A stretch of DNA of 64,000 bases from Ylistrum balloti (lineage: Eukaryota). The notes beneath the pieces are model-generated. The model did not search any database. It was given only the letters and a program-made list of their open reading frames with translations, and was not told where the DNA came from. The first letter of the stretch is position 1. Every line of letters starts with the position of its first letter. Made by a program: the position numbers and the translations under genes. The stretch lies in assembly GCF_031769215.1 (NCBI RefSeq), contig NW_026781965.1, forward strand, positions 248,001-312,000, read 5' to 3'. Of this stretch, positions 23,701 to 38,700 are shown piece by piece.

Positions 23701-26700
23701 TGATATTCATCTTTACTGGAACAAGACCTTCTGGGTTTTATCCTGGTTCTAAATTTACATTGAGACCATCAGATGTATTCCTTATGTCTGAGATACCTGA
23801 AAGTAAAGGTGAGCCAGCCCATGTTGGAGGTGTCACGCCCTTGCCAGAAGTACACAACACATTTATAGTCATCTTCCTCTGGATCCTCATCTTCATCCTC
23901 TTCATCCTCCTCCTCGTCCTCATCTTTTTCCAGTGGTACCCAGTACCGACACAGGAACACATAGCAATCCTCAGTGTGGAATATTCCTGTTATCATGCAA
24001 CAGAAACATTAAACAGAAAACTGTATAGACCACAAGTATATCACATGGAAAATTAACTTACTATACCTGTTGAGTAGAATCTGAAGTAACAGTTTCTGAT
24101 TCCAGCACTATATCTGAGAACTTTTCCTTTCAGAACATGATCTGTGTTTTCAAAATGTAAAAAAAAAAATTGATGTCTTATGTAAAGGGTTCTACTAGTA
24201 TGGTGCCACAAACATTATCTTTAGACATCAGTACTAAATCCTGCCTCATCAACACTGAGACAACAGTAATAACTAGCTAGTACACCTAAGAGATGAATGA
24301 GCGTTCAGCAGTATTACAGTTCATGCATCACCTACCTAGCTCCTCATCTGGCAGTCGTACAAACTTCTTGCCCTCTAAAACAAATGCTTCCATGCCATCC
24401 AGATCTTCATTCCATTCAGTGGTCAACTGGTCCTACCATGTAAAATGGCTCAGTTAATTATTTTGTTAGCTACCTTTGAAGGTTTGAATATACAAGAAGC
24501 AAGTGAAAGGTTTTTTTTACATTATGTCATTAAATATCAGTTTGGTAGATTGTTTCTCTGTCTATTAGTAATGAAATGTGAATAAAAGCTTACAGCCTCC
24601 TCAAGAGTCATGGTGGGTTGTCTGGGCATGAAGAGTGCTGACAGGTCTGTCTTCAACTTGTCTCTTGCCATAATGACCTACAAAGTACAAATATGGTATT
24701 TAAAATCATATCAATTCCTTACTTCTAAACAAGAGGCCCATAAGGCCTGTATTGCTCACCTGATTTAGTTTGCTGAAATTGATTCATTGAAACTTATAGG
24801 AAAAGTACTTAAAAGACTTGCATCATTATTTTCCCTAGAATGACCAGCCCCTCTGCCCAAGGTGGGGGTCAGACACACTGTTAATTTGGGCTAAACTGAA
24901 TTCTTCCAACAGAAAAATTCAAAAGAATATGCTCTATTTTCCCTATTGGGCCTCGCCCTCTCACCCCAGGGAGCCGAGACCAATTGTTATACAAAATAAT
25001 CCCATTCACCCGAGCATGCCTCAGACTAAATTTAGTCAAAACCCAACCTTTCCTACAGAAGGAGTAGGATTTTAAAGAATTTGTTCAATTTCCTCTATTC
25101 AGACCAGTCCCAAGGGACTGAGACTCACTGTTTATACAAAATTGATTCCCCTTCAGCCAAAAATGCTTTTGACCAAATCGGGACAGAATCTAGGAATTCC
25201 TAAAGGATCGGAGGGGAGAAGTATTTTAAAACAAATTTGCTCTTTTTCCCCTACTTGGCCCCACCCATCTTGCCCAAGGGAACCGAGATCGTTCCCAAAG
25301 AATACTTCAGACCAAACAAATCTGGGCAAAATTCAATGATTTCTACAAAAGAAGAAGAAATTTAAACAACTTGTTCAAAAACTTAATTCCACTTCCCTAA
25401 AGGAGCATTATGAGCAAATATCAGCAAAGTTCGTCCAAAACCAGTAGCGGTTCTTAGTATGAATTTGACTGATGATGCACCATGGCATCAGCTCACCAGT
25501 CCTTTAGACCAGGTAAATTAGTAATGGAATGCACAAAAGATGAAATCGTAGTATCAGAACACATTATAAACAATTGAAGAATGATGACCCAAAATCCAAG
25601 AAGATGTTTCAAATTACTAGAATACAAATCAGGGAGACATTTACAGTAATAACACTCTGTAGTCATATTCTCCACGACATTTTACCTACGGTATTCTTAG
25701 TGGTAACCTCCACAGATTTATTTTGTGCTCCTTGTGCTACTTTGAGATCATTCCCCATGCATAACCTTGAGTTCAAACCCCTTCATCACCCCAGTACCTC
25801 AAAGCTGTGCCCCTGTATTACCATAAGGTTGTGCCCCTTGTATTATCCTGAGGTCATACCCCCTGTGTAACACTGAGGTTGTGCCACCATATTACCTTGA
25901 GGTCATGTCCCCTTCGAACCATTGACTCAGCTGTCCTTGTATAGTCTACAGGTATCACATCGTCCCAGCCAACAAATTTTGTCTTAAATACCTGTGGCTC
26001 TGTTCTGTAAAACAGTCCAGGAAGAAGGTCAGTGTCATATAAAACTTCATCAACATCAGTATCAAATACTATTACAATTTTACAATTTAAGTTTGTGAAA
26101 TTGTCAATAAAATGATAAAAAAATGAAGTGAAACTGTTTAAATTGTCTATTCAGTGGCATCAGCCTATTTCCTATACAGAATAATTGCCTTTAACTTTAC
26201 AACTGATCATAGAACTGTGCACCAATTCAAATAGAAACAGCATTTTCTTGTAACTTTGAAAAATCATCTGTTTCAAAATGCAACTTTAATTGTGGTTGGG
26301 GCATCTGACAAAAACGTCTTTTAAATTTTACTTTTTAGTGATTTTTTTTCCATATACAGAATGTTTTTAAACTGAGAATTAATAACAGACATTAGCAGAC
26401 AAACGCCATTATTATGGAAATCATCATTTACTGAAGTAGGAAATCACTGTACAAAAAGTACACACCCTTCTAAACACCTGGTTACACTGCAGTAGTCTGG
26501 ACGAACCAACATAACATTGAGTTCCTGTGAAAGTTTGAGTGCCGCTGCCCTGATGAGTCGAGTTGACTTTTTACCAATCCTTCAAAAGAAAGAGAGAAGC
26601 TTATCAAGAAGAAAGAATTATGTACAGGAATTCACGATGAATACTTAAGATTAAAGTCATATACTAATTCACAAAAATATTCATTATAAAATGTACTCAC

Positions 26701-29700
26701 CATACAAACAGGTCAGTTTTACAATCCAGTATGTACACACATTTAGACAGCAGCAGGGACTGCACTAACTTCCCTTTTGGAATGTCAACTAAAACAAAAA
26801 ATAAATATGTAGTTTAACCACACTGAATATTTTAGTAATTTCAAGTATACGTAAACATACTCATCTTAGTGCAGTCAAATTTTGATGCAAACATGAATAA
26901 CTGTAAAGTATAATTTATTAAGATAGACACAAATTAGCTCAGTTGGATGTGTCAAATGCGACTCAAATTAGACATCTGAGTTCAACATATGACTGCAGAC
27001 AGAGGCATACACATGCATGATCCACCGTTAACATGTTCTACAGGTACATCACAAGTAAGATGTTTTCATTTATCATTATTACTCGTGAGTATTTGTTGTT
27101 TTGCTCTTTGTTATTTTCTTAGATCAGATTTTAGTAATACAAAAATCATCAAATGGAAAAAATAAAATAAGTGCTAATATAAGTATTCACAGTATACAAA
27201 TTTTAATTTTTCATTTCAAATCTTTTGAATCTTACCATATGAGAGGTACTTTAAATGTAATTTGTTACCTTGTGGCAGTTCCAGATATCCCATGCCTAGT
27301 CCCACCTTGTACATTCTTGGTACATATTCCATTGGTGTTAGCAAAGCCGCCTGAAATCGAACATCATAACACATCAGTCATCCAAACCAATTAAAGGGTA
27401 CAAAATCCTCAACAAATAGTACCGTTTATCCTAACAACAATTGATTAATAACAACAGTTTTCATTTAACAAATACCGTAAATTTGCAGGTATAGTGCGCA
27501 GGTACTTTTTTGGGGTCAGATTGGGTAACAAAAATCAAATCCTGAGGAATGTCAATGTGTCAGCATTATCAGTAGAAAACAAAACAATACAAACAGTTAG
27601 AATGGAAGTAATTACTATTGACAACATCAGTACTAACCACTAGACATCAGAGAAGCACCTTCTTATCTTAAAAACTTATGTACTGACTACTTTAGGCATC
27701 GGGGAAGCATCCTGTAATACTAGCTAAAGCACCTAAAACCTACAGTACTGACTACTTTAGGCATCGGGGAAGCATCCCGTAATACTAGCTAAAGCACCTA
27801 AGACCTACAGTACTGACTACTAGAGGCATCAGGGAAGCATCCCATAATGCTAGCTAGAACACCTAAAACCTACAGTACTGACTACTAGAGGCATCAGGGA
27901 AGCATCCCGTAATACTAGCTAAAGCACCTAAAACCTACAGTACTGACTACTATAGGCATCGGGGAAGCATCCCGTAATACTAGCTAAAGCACCTAAAACC
28001 TACAGTACTGACTACTATAGGCATCGGGGAAGCATCCCGTAATACTAGCTAAAGCACCTAAGACCTACAATACTAACCACTATAGGCATCAGAGAAGCAT
28101 CCCGTAATACTAGCTAAAGCACCTAAAACCTACAATACTAACCACTATAGGCATCGGGGAAGCATCCTGTAATACTAGCTAAAGCACCTAAAACCTACAA
28201 TACTAACCACTATAGGCATCGGGGAAGCATCCTGTAATACTAGCTAGAACACCTAAAACCTATAGTACTAACCACTATAGGCATCAGAGAAGCACCCCCT
28301 AATCCTCGCCAGAACACCTAAAACCTACAATACTAACCACTATAGGCATCGGGGAAGCATCCTGTAATACTAGCTAAAGCACCTAAAACCTACAATACTA
28401 ACCACTATAGGCATCGGGGAAGCATCCTGTAATACTAGCTAGAACACCTAAAACCTATAGTACTAACCACTATAGGCATTGGAGAAGCACCCCCTAATCC
28501 TCGCCAGAACACCTAAAACCTACAATACTAACCACTATAGGCATCGGAGAAGCACCCCCTAATCCTCGCCAGAACGCCACAGATTCTTTGCCTTGGTCTT
28601 CCATGTAGATGTCTGCTTTTCCTTTCCTTTCATTTTTATTGATTTTCTCAGCTATAAGTCTAGAATATAAACAGAAACAAAATTGAATCATGATAATGTA
28701 ATTAAAAAAATGCTGAAAAAGTTTATGAAATTAATTATTAAGTAACATCAGGTTATAATTGACCACAAGTAATTTAAGTCAAAATCTCTGGCAGGACTCG
28801 GAGTTTAAATGACATCAATTTTGTAGATGTGTTCCTACCTCGTTTTGGTTTTAGTGACTGCTTTAGACATCTTTCCTACCCAGATATAAATGTTGAGACC
28901 CATATCCAGCATGAATACAAATCTGCTGTCCAAGGATATAAACTCTGGTAAACACTGAAATCAGAGACACAAATATTGTTGGGCTTTTATCTATGAATAT
29001 TAATATAATTCCAGTTATATATGTACTGTAGAACAAATTTTACTGCATATAAACAGTGATTTTCTAAGCATTGTTTAACTCACAACAAATTTAATTCACT
29101 TTTCCAAACAAAAGAAAAAAAAGAAAAAAATCATGAATACATTCCCTTTCTTTAAAAATGAATTTCTGTAAGTATGGTTGTTGTGGTTGGACGAAGTTAG
29201 AAAATCTCTAGATTTTCTCTGAATGTCTTGGGACGTATCTTTTTATCATCACATACATCACTTCAATATCAGTTCCTATTGCATATAAATCAACTGCAGT
29301 GAAAACGTAAATTTGATAGATTCAGTTAATACAAGTATTCCTAAGAACCTACCCTCTCCATGAAAACTGTCTGCACACCAGTAGCTCGATACAGCTTCGT
29401 TTCATATTCCTGTAATGAAATTGTCCATCATGAGTGTTGTTAACAGTGATATATACCAATATATTTGGCAATCATATTATACTGTGTATTAACAAAGATA
29501 ATCCCTAACAATGTCCAGAGTAAACATTGCAATTTTTGCACTTATTTTCAAAGGTATACAATGTATTTAGAAGCTGGAAATGATTTAACTATTTTTATTG
29601 GTACACAACATTCTTCACACTATAGAAATCACTGACCATCACAGTAAGATATAGACGATAACTTACAACATTCTCCACACTGTAGAAACCACTACTTGTC

Positions 29701-32700
29701 CTTCCACCCTCTATATATGACACTCCATTCTCAAACAGGTCCAGAAATTCATCAGATTCATCCCCCATCTCTTCACGAATACAGCGACACTCTGCCCCCA
29801 AGAGATTCCTAAGGTTCACAGCATGAATAGCAGCACATGCCTTCTTATCCAGCTGTAGAAAAAGGGCAGTAGTATTACGAGGGCATTCATGATCCTTATA
29901 TAGATATATATTGTTACAAAAGCAAAATTTCTGTACTGCTTACTGTATAAATATTGAACTAAGACAAAAATCATGACATACTGTATATCTTATATTTATT
30001 ACATGTAAATTTTTTTACGAATTTCTATTTAAGTGATGAAATCATATTTTTATAATTCAAGATAATGTGACATGGATATAAATGGACATCAGATACATAC
30101 GTTTCATAATTTTAAATTAAATTTTCGTGCTATGAGGTACTAGTTAAATTCTGATCTGTATCCATGCCTTTGTTCCTGTGAATGGAGTATTGAAATATCA
30201 CTATGGTCAAGTACACTAAATGTCGTAATGAAAGGGGTGAAATGTATTTACTGGAAAGACCTGTGGTGATATCATGGTGCTTTCAATTATGGCATGAAAA
30301 TCAAGAAAGCAGACTTTATATTTGAGAGATTGACAGGATGAATTACTACAACGATCAGAAATGCCATTACATTTTGAGATCACCCGTATCAATTGAAGGT
30401 TGTTTGATAATTTTGATAATTATTCTTGAATCTGTTTTCTCTTCATAAAAGAATCTATTAAACTTCCTTCATACAGGATTCAAGAAGTAACTAGGGAACC
30501 CACTTAAAATGGAACAGCCAACTGTTAACTGTAGGATACCTTTAATATATATGTCTGGTAGTTTGCCTTAGAGCATAGCTCTTATGTAGGGAAACCAAAC
30601 ACTTTGCAGCTCATACTTTTTACCATTTCACTGTGCAAACACAAACCAAGATAACTAAGTAATATTTGTATAATCTAAGATGTTAGTGAGGCCCTGACTG
30701 CCCCCTTTGTTGCAAAAGGATTTTACTGTAACTAAAGACATTGAATTTGAGATAATATATATTGGAGGGTATATTGTAGGCACACACAATTACAACAACT
30801 TCCTCCCACTTTTTCCCTGATTGGAATAGTGGAATTACCAGAGTGCAGGTATGTTTCAGAAAGAAGGTGTGTTAGTCCACCATCTAAAACAAAAGCCTAA
30901 AGCACAGCTAAAATGAGGAAAAGTGGGATATAATCAATTTCATGACTATCTTTTTTTTATAAATAAATAAGATGTATATTAATAAGCTATACTTACAGTG
31001 CAGTGTTCACCAATCCAGTACCAGATCTTCCAATCTATGCTGTTGGATTCATTTATGTAAGTCTTGAGGATGATGTAGCAATCAGCTTCGTAGAACTTCC
31101 CGATCAGGACTATCAAAATCAAAGCCAATAATACACCATCTTCATCAAGCACAAACTTGATACATTTATCACCTACATTACACGTTGTACGTGTGCCCTC
31201 TTGAAACTACAAACGTGGATTATAATGGTAGGAATTCAGTCCATGTATCTTCATGAAAGGACATACCAGGTACTTTTAGCCCGTGTGGAAATCATAAAAC
31301 TTGAGTGTTATTTATCAGATTAGTTTATAATCACTATCTCGTAAAACAATAATCCAGAAAAATGTGAGTATTTTATCTGGGGATGGATTGTTCATTGTAA
31401 GTTATGTGTCTGAAGCAAACATAATATTATTCATTTACAACCAAGAGTTATAGTTACCTTCCTCAACTGGATTAGGGACAAAATTCTCAATTTCCCAACA
31501 CTGGATACCTGTACAAACAGATAAGTACGGAACAAATTAACTTCATGTTTGGGAAGCCAGTGTAATTAAGGTGATTTAAAACCTCATCATTTATTTGTCC
31601 TGTCATAATACTGTGATCGACAGATATGATAGAAGTCTGCAGTAGATCTCATAGAAAATGTACAGATGAAATATACTTGTAATAATGCCTGTTTGAACTG
31701 AGAATCAATTTTGAGATATTGGCCTCAATGTTCCTTTGCACTGGTTTTATTTTTGTGAGCTCTTAGACTCTCATAACAAGAGTATCAGTGAAACTGATGA
31801 ATGCAAAGATATGCTCATGACACAAAATTTTTAAAAAAGGCATGAACTCTGTAACTGCAGGGTCATGGGCCTTGACATCACTACACTGCACCTTTCTTTC
31901 ATATGTCTGATGTATATATCACGTTTCAATATCCTAGTTTACTAAAATGCATGCAAATTATTTCCCCAGACAAAAATTTTAATGAAGAGCAATAACTCTC
32001 TAATTAAGGGGATGTTAGCCCTGAATCTGGTACACAGCACACTGTCTTAGTAGCACGGACATGGCGGCAATAATATGCTCTCCCTGAAACTTTTCGGGGA
32101 GCATAAAAATACAAGGCTGAATCAAAATTATACAAAAATTTACAAAAGAATGAAATCAAACAATAATCCTGTCAGGTTATTTAAGTGTGTGTTAAATTAT
32201 ATATGACACACATTTTGTAAAATCAGATATGAGAAAGATTCTATCAAACTGATATTTGAATGAATTCTTATCTTTTCTGAGAATGTTAAGAGGTTTTAGG
32301 CATTCAAGGCACTCATATAAATGGAAGCAAGCTAGTTGAGGAAGACAAAACAAATGAATATGTAATTTACCTGGTATTTGTCCAACATCTTCATCAAATA
32401 TTTCACTGTAGTTCAACTGTGGTCTGGTTAGGTGTTCATCCCATCGTTTTGGCCTGTAACAATGTGTTACATGACAAGTCTTATACAAGACTAGAGTTAG
32501 CATTTCTTAGATTAAACATGTGAGATCTCTAACCCAGCATTAGTGTACAGTTCTAAAGTTGATTATGGCAGATTTCTAACCATACACTAGCCCACTTTTC
32601 AAAAGTAAACAATATGAAAGGTCTCACTAGTCAACAGATCAGAGGTTATATCATAAATAAGATCACTAACATAGTCTAAACACATACTGATGTGCAGATT

Positions 32701-35700
32701 GGTCAGATAAAAGACAAAGTCTAGATACCTACAAATCTTAGGTCAGATCACAGACATTGTGTAGATACCTACAAATCTTAGGTCAGATCACAGACATTGT
32801 GTAGATACCTACAAATCTTAGGTCAGATCACAGACATTGTGTAGATACCTACAAATCTTAGGTCAGATCACAGACAAAGTCTAGATACCTACAAATCTTA
32901 GGTCAGATCATAGACAAAGTCTAGATACCTACAAATCTTAGGTCAGATCACAGACATTGTGTAGATACCTACAAATCTTAGGTCAGATCACAGACATTGT
33001 GTAGATACCTACAAATCTTAGGTCAGATCACAGACATTGTGTAGATACCTACAAATCTTAGGTCAGATCACAGACAAAGTCTAGATACCTACAAATCTTA
33101 GGTCAGATCATAGACAAAGTCTAGATACCTACAAATCTTAGGTCAGATCATAGACAAAGTCTAGATACCTACAAATCTTAGGTCAGATCATAGACAAAGT
33201 CTAGATACCTACAAATCTTAGGTCAAATCATAGACAAAGTCTAGATACCTACAAATCTTAGGTCAGATCATAGACAAAGTCTAGATACCTACAAATCTTA
33301 GGTCAAATCATAGACAAAGTCTAGATACCTACAAATCTTAGGTCAGATCATAGACAAAGTCTAGATACCTACAAATCTTAGGTCAGATAAAAGACAAAGT
33401 CTAGATACCTACAAATCTTAGGTCAGATCATAGACAAAGTCTAGATACCTACAAATCTTAGGTCAGATCATAGACAAAGTCTAGATACCTACAAATCTTA
33501 GGTCAGATCATAGACAAAGTCTAGATACCTACAAATCTTAGGTCAGATAAAAGACAAAGTCTAGATACGTACAAATCTTAGGTCAGATCATAGACATTGT
33601 CTAGATACAAACAAGTCTTGGGTCAGATCATAGATATTGTCTTGATACCCACAAATCTTAGGTCAGATCACAGACATTGTGTAGATACCCATAAATCTTA
33701 GGTCAGATCATAGACATTGTCTAGATAGCCACAAATCTTAGGTCAGATTATAGACAAAGTCTAGATACAAACAAGTCTTGGGTTAGATCATAGACATTGT
33801 CTAGATACCCACAAATCTTAGGTCAGATCACAGACAATGTCTAGATACCTACAAATCTTATGTCAGATTACAGACAAAGTCAAGATACAACCAAACATAA
33901 GTCAGATGATAGACATTATCTAGATACACACAAATCTTAGGACAGATCTTAGTCAGGTAGTAGATGACTCAGTAAAGGATTTCGTTTCCATCTTCATATG
34001 GTGGACTTCAACGTCCAACAGTACATCACACAACCTCAGAATAGTACTGTTTTCAGAGCATTAATCAAGTACAAAACTTACTTGAGTGGTTCTTTCTGCT
34101 CCTGGTTCTCAGAATCTGGACCAGCACCTTCTGCTTTGTCTTTTGCCACATCTCTCATACCCTGTGACAAACAACCAAGCCATGAAATTAACACCATTTT
34201 ATACAAAAAACATTCAACCTCACTATGTTCCTTGGACAATCTTTTTGTGAAGGAACTCTACTCAAAGAACCACATCTCTTTATTTTCTTTTTTACTGAAC
34301 AGTAAATCTCCCTTTGCAATAAAGAATGTACATATCAAGGATGATACATCCTGAAGGTTTCCTGTAGATGGGTATCTGACAGTCTACGTAGAAGTATATA
34401 CAGATGAAAAGATGCTTTCCATTGAGTGTTTGTGAATTTTGAAGATTGATGGCTAAACACATAGATTTGTGAAAGATAAAAACTGTAGGGTTCTGACAGT
34501 ATTAAAAGAAAATAGACAGAATTCATTATAGAAAACAGAATGTTCAGTGACAAGCCAGACTGAGGAGACATGATTAGTTGAGAAATTAAAATCAGCCTGG
34601 AGAGTTGAATAGGATATAGTAACCATAAAGGACAGTGTATGATAATTTTGTATGGAGTAAAATATTCATTTCTCACCTTCAGAACTTTTTCACTCTCTTG
34701 CTGACCATCACGTCTTTTCCTCAGTCTTAACTTTCGAGCCACAGGATCTTTTTGCTCTGTGACAAAAGTATTCATCAAGTACACAAATTCATAAAAATTA
34801 TAATACAAATAAGTATTTACAAAATCATTTTTCATGGTTGGATAAGATTGCAATACATTTTTGTGTATTTCATCTTTTCTTCACGTACATAGATATACAT
34901 AAAGACCCATTTTCCCTGACTTAAATATACATAGATATTCTTAAGAAATACATGAATGATTATTATTTTAAAAGTTTTAATGATCCTTCCTTTTCTGACA
35001 TGGCTATATACAAAAGCTTATCTTACTGCGACATTTATGTTATTTGCTCTGTTGAATTATCTAAAATTTCAAGAAAGGTTTTTTCAAATGCATCAAGTCT
35101 TCAGTGGTAAATTGTAGTTCAATAATGAGACAACACATACGGGGAGACTGATCTGCTGAAGGGGCTGTGGGAGCCCCAGCCAGTCGTAGCTGGTTGTTGA
35201 GGGAGAAGTCAATGTTGTAGAACTCATGGTTTTTCCTTAACTCAGCAGGTTTGGGAGGCATCACTAGCCCTGGGTTGTCTCTTACATCCAGTGTCTGAGA
35301 GATACAGTAGTAATCAGTTGTTAGTAATCCTACATTTTAATAAGTTATTGAAATCTAAATGTAAATACAATCTCCAAAATTATATATTATGTGATATGTT
35401 TATAGAATAGACATGATGTACTTTACAACACTTTAAGCTTACCTCTAACTCTGGCAGTAGATGAAGAATATCAGGAAGTGTTATTAGTTTATTGCCATTC
35501 AGAAGGAGACGTTTCAGCTTCCCACATCTGAAAATAATACATACATTGCAAATGAAAGTACAAATTACATTGTCCACACATTAGTCATAGGGTATAACAG
35601 GTTAATTCTATTCTAATCACACAGAAGATTAATTACAGTCTAATGGCATTTACAGTTGCCTTATGACTGAGGCTGGTCAATCCTTACCGACACAATCCTT

Positions 35701-38700
35701 CTGGAATCATCTCAAGCTGATTGTTGGTTGCACTGAATATTTCCAGGTTATGTAGCTTGCCAATATTGGCTGGGATTCCCTCAAAGTCTAACAGGTTAGA
35801 ATTCAAGTACAATTTCTTCAGAGAAGCCAGTTTATGAAGGGAAGACTGAAATACAAAGTGTTTTATTGTAGTTCAATTATGTTAATGCAAAATGGTTGTA
35901 AACTTCACACTAAGCTCTGTCAAGGCTTTGAGGAATGTGTTTGGTGTTGATGTGTTTGATGAAACCTTCAGAGATTCTGTTGGGACTTAATGATGAATTT
36001 ACTCTACATGTCACCTTCAATAACACACATTAAACTTTTATGTAAATCATTCCCGTGATTATGATTTTCAAGAACCTCTTCCAGTAAATAAACATACTGG
36101 GACAGAAAGCTTTATGATATAATTGAATAGACATGTTGATATTTGAAATAATATCTGAAAAATATCATAACAACTTAACAATCTTCTGATTGAATATTTT
36201 AAATAGGATTCATATTGAAAATAAACAATATCCGGAGTCATTCAATGGTGAAGTGAGAGAAAAAAGACAAATAAATTAACTCTTCGGCAAAAGTTCACTT
36301 ACCGGCAGAGCTGTCAGTTTGTTGCGGGACAGGTTTAGCGTTTCCAAATGAATCCACGTATCTGCAGTTACAATGCATTTTATAGCTTCACAAGAACATA
36401 TATAGAACATATATGATAGAGTTATCAAGTTTACATCATATACTGTACTTGGAACATTTATGTAGAACATCAGAAGTCTGTCTTTAAAAAGAAAACTGAT
36501 AGAAAAACTCACCAATGACAAGAGAGAGTTCAGTGATCTGATTGCCACTGAGGTTGAGTCGTTTCAGTGAGCTGACTTTGTACAATGTCTCTGGTACCCG
36601 TGGCAGGTCGTTGTTAGACAAGTCAACATCTACCAAACACCAACATTGACATATTATGTTTGAATACAGAATTCACACACAAATATGAAATTTTACATTG
36701 AAAAAAAGGTTCACCTTATTGTATCATAATCAAATTAACAACACACCACAGGATGATAGGAGTACTTGAAATAATCATTTCAGTTAAAGTATTAGAACTG
36801 CCTAGCAAAGAATCTTATTCAAGCTATTACTGTGACATGAGTTTCCTTTTGTGTGATATCAAACTATATAACAGCAGCATAGCATAAGGGTTTTCTATAA
36901 AGAAAGGAACAAATTAATTCCATCTTTGAGTTAAAAAAAGGTAAGAGTTGCTTAAATGGATCCCCTTACCCTGCAGGTTGGTGAGAGTGTCAAGTCCAGA
37001 GGGGAAGTTAGCTAGAGTTCTCTGTGTGTCCCTCATGTGTAAGGTTTGCAGGGACAGCAAAGCAGGCAGCTGTCTGCAACACAAAGGTACAAATCAGATT
37101 AAAAGTTATTTCAATCATAGATTTTGTTTGTCATCAGGAATGTAGCATTTAGAGATTCAAGTCACTGTGAACAGTGTTAAACAGTTTCTATGTCTGTCAT
37201 CACAAAAAACAGTGTAAGAGTGACACAGATAAACAGGATCTATCTAGTGAGAAATCCAATGAAGGCACTAGGTTTCAACAACAAAATTTGTAGGATGTGT
37301 ATTACTAATATACACATGGATATATATAGGCTCTGTTACAAAATTTGTATCAAGGGCAGGCTGTGAAGGTTCATTGTAAAGGGTAAATTGGAGAGGTACT
37401 CAGCATTGTACCCTTTACCAAAGCACTTTCTCTTCTTATTACACATTATTTTTATCAAAATAAGGGAAATTAAATATTTCATCCATTTGTATTTTGGATA
37501 AAAACAGGTAATCTGTCCATGAACCAAGAAAAAGTTCTTCTCATCACAGTGTCATGTAATTAGACAATATGTTACCGAAGCTCGATAACATCGGTTTGTT
37601 CACAAGTTAAACCTATGTAACACCAAGGTCACGCCAAGTCTGCCTTTGTTATAGCTGATGTGAAAAGGTTTACTTCTCACCGGAGTTGTGCATGGACAAG
37701 GGGATTATTATTCAGGATGAGGGTCTGGAGATTGGTCAGTCGTCTCATCTGTGGTGGTAGGGTCTCTGTTAAACAAACAAATTAATCATAATGTGGTCAA
37801 ATTGCCAGAAACAGAAAATACTATGTCAGTGTGAAAATATTTGGGGAATCACTTTATATAATATGCAATATACTCATGATACAAATAAAATGAATTTTTA
37901 CTGATCAAACAATTTCATTTTTCCAATCACAATTTACTTTTAACATGCTTATAATACACATATAAAAACCTCCATCAAAAGAATGATATGTAACCTAGTA
38001 ATGAGATTGATTAAAAAGCATCAACATAAAGCAAAACACATATTTTCTAAGGGGATGTTGTCACTCTATGATTAAATAATACAGATAATCATATCATCAT
38101 AAACCTGTACAAATCTTACCAAACAGGTTATTGCTGAGGTCAAGGAAGAAAATGTCTGTCAAATTGATAAACAGCTGGTTTGGAATCATTTCGATCCTGC
38201 AAAGAAATGGTACACATAATTTAAGTTATGAAAAAACACTACAACAAAGAAAAACTACACTTGCTTTTATTATTAATGAGTGACGCAAGATGATACTTAC
38301 TGATTGTGACTAAGGTTGAGTACAATAACATTGGTGGCATTCTCCAGTTCTGGTGGCACTTCCACTAATTTGTTGTGACTCAGGTCCTGTAATACAAGTG
38401 TCCACAGGTAAGTACATTTGATATCCTGTAATTTGTAGATTCACCTCTACTGCTTTACGTAATAAATAGTTACTTTTTAATGTTCCTTTTATTTACATTT
38501 AAAGAAATTTTACTACATCAAATCAAACCAACAGTAAATATAAAGTATTGTGAATCAACCAAATTTGAAAAGTGTGACATAAAGTATCAACAAATAAACA
38601 ATTAGACTTAGGATCCGAACCAGCTCAGTTTGTTAATGAGTGAAGTAACATGTATACAAATATTACTCTAATGTGATCACTGACCAACATTGCTCTGTAT

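Noticed and set aside
27423-27430. 8 nt AG-GT flanked micro-exon candidate in FLII
   Set aside because: It would frameshift, and the model closes without it.
21660-33950. CRISPR-like appearance of the regular arrays
   Set aside because: Units are head-to-tail with no unique spacers, there are no cas genes, and the context is a eukaryotic intron.
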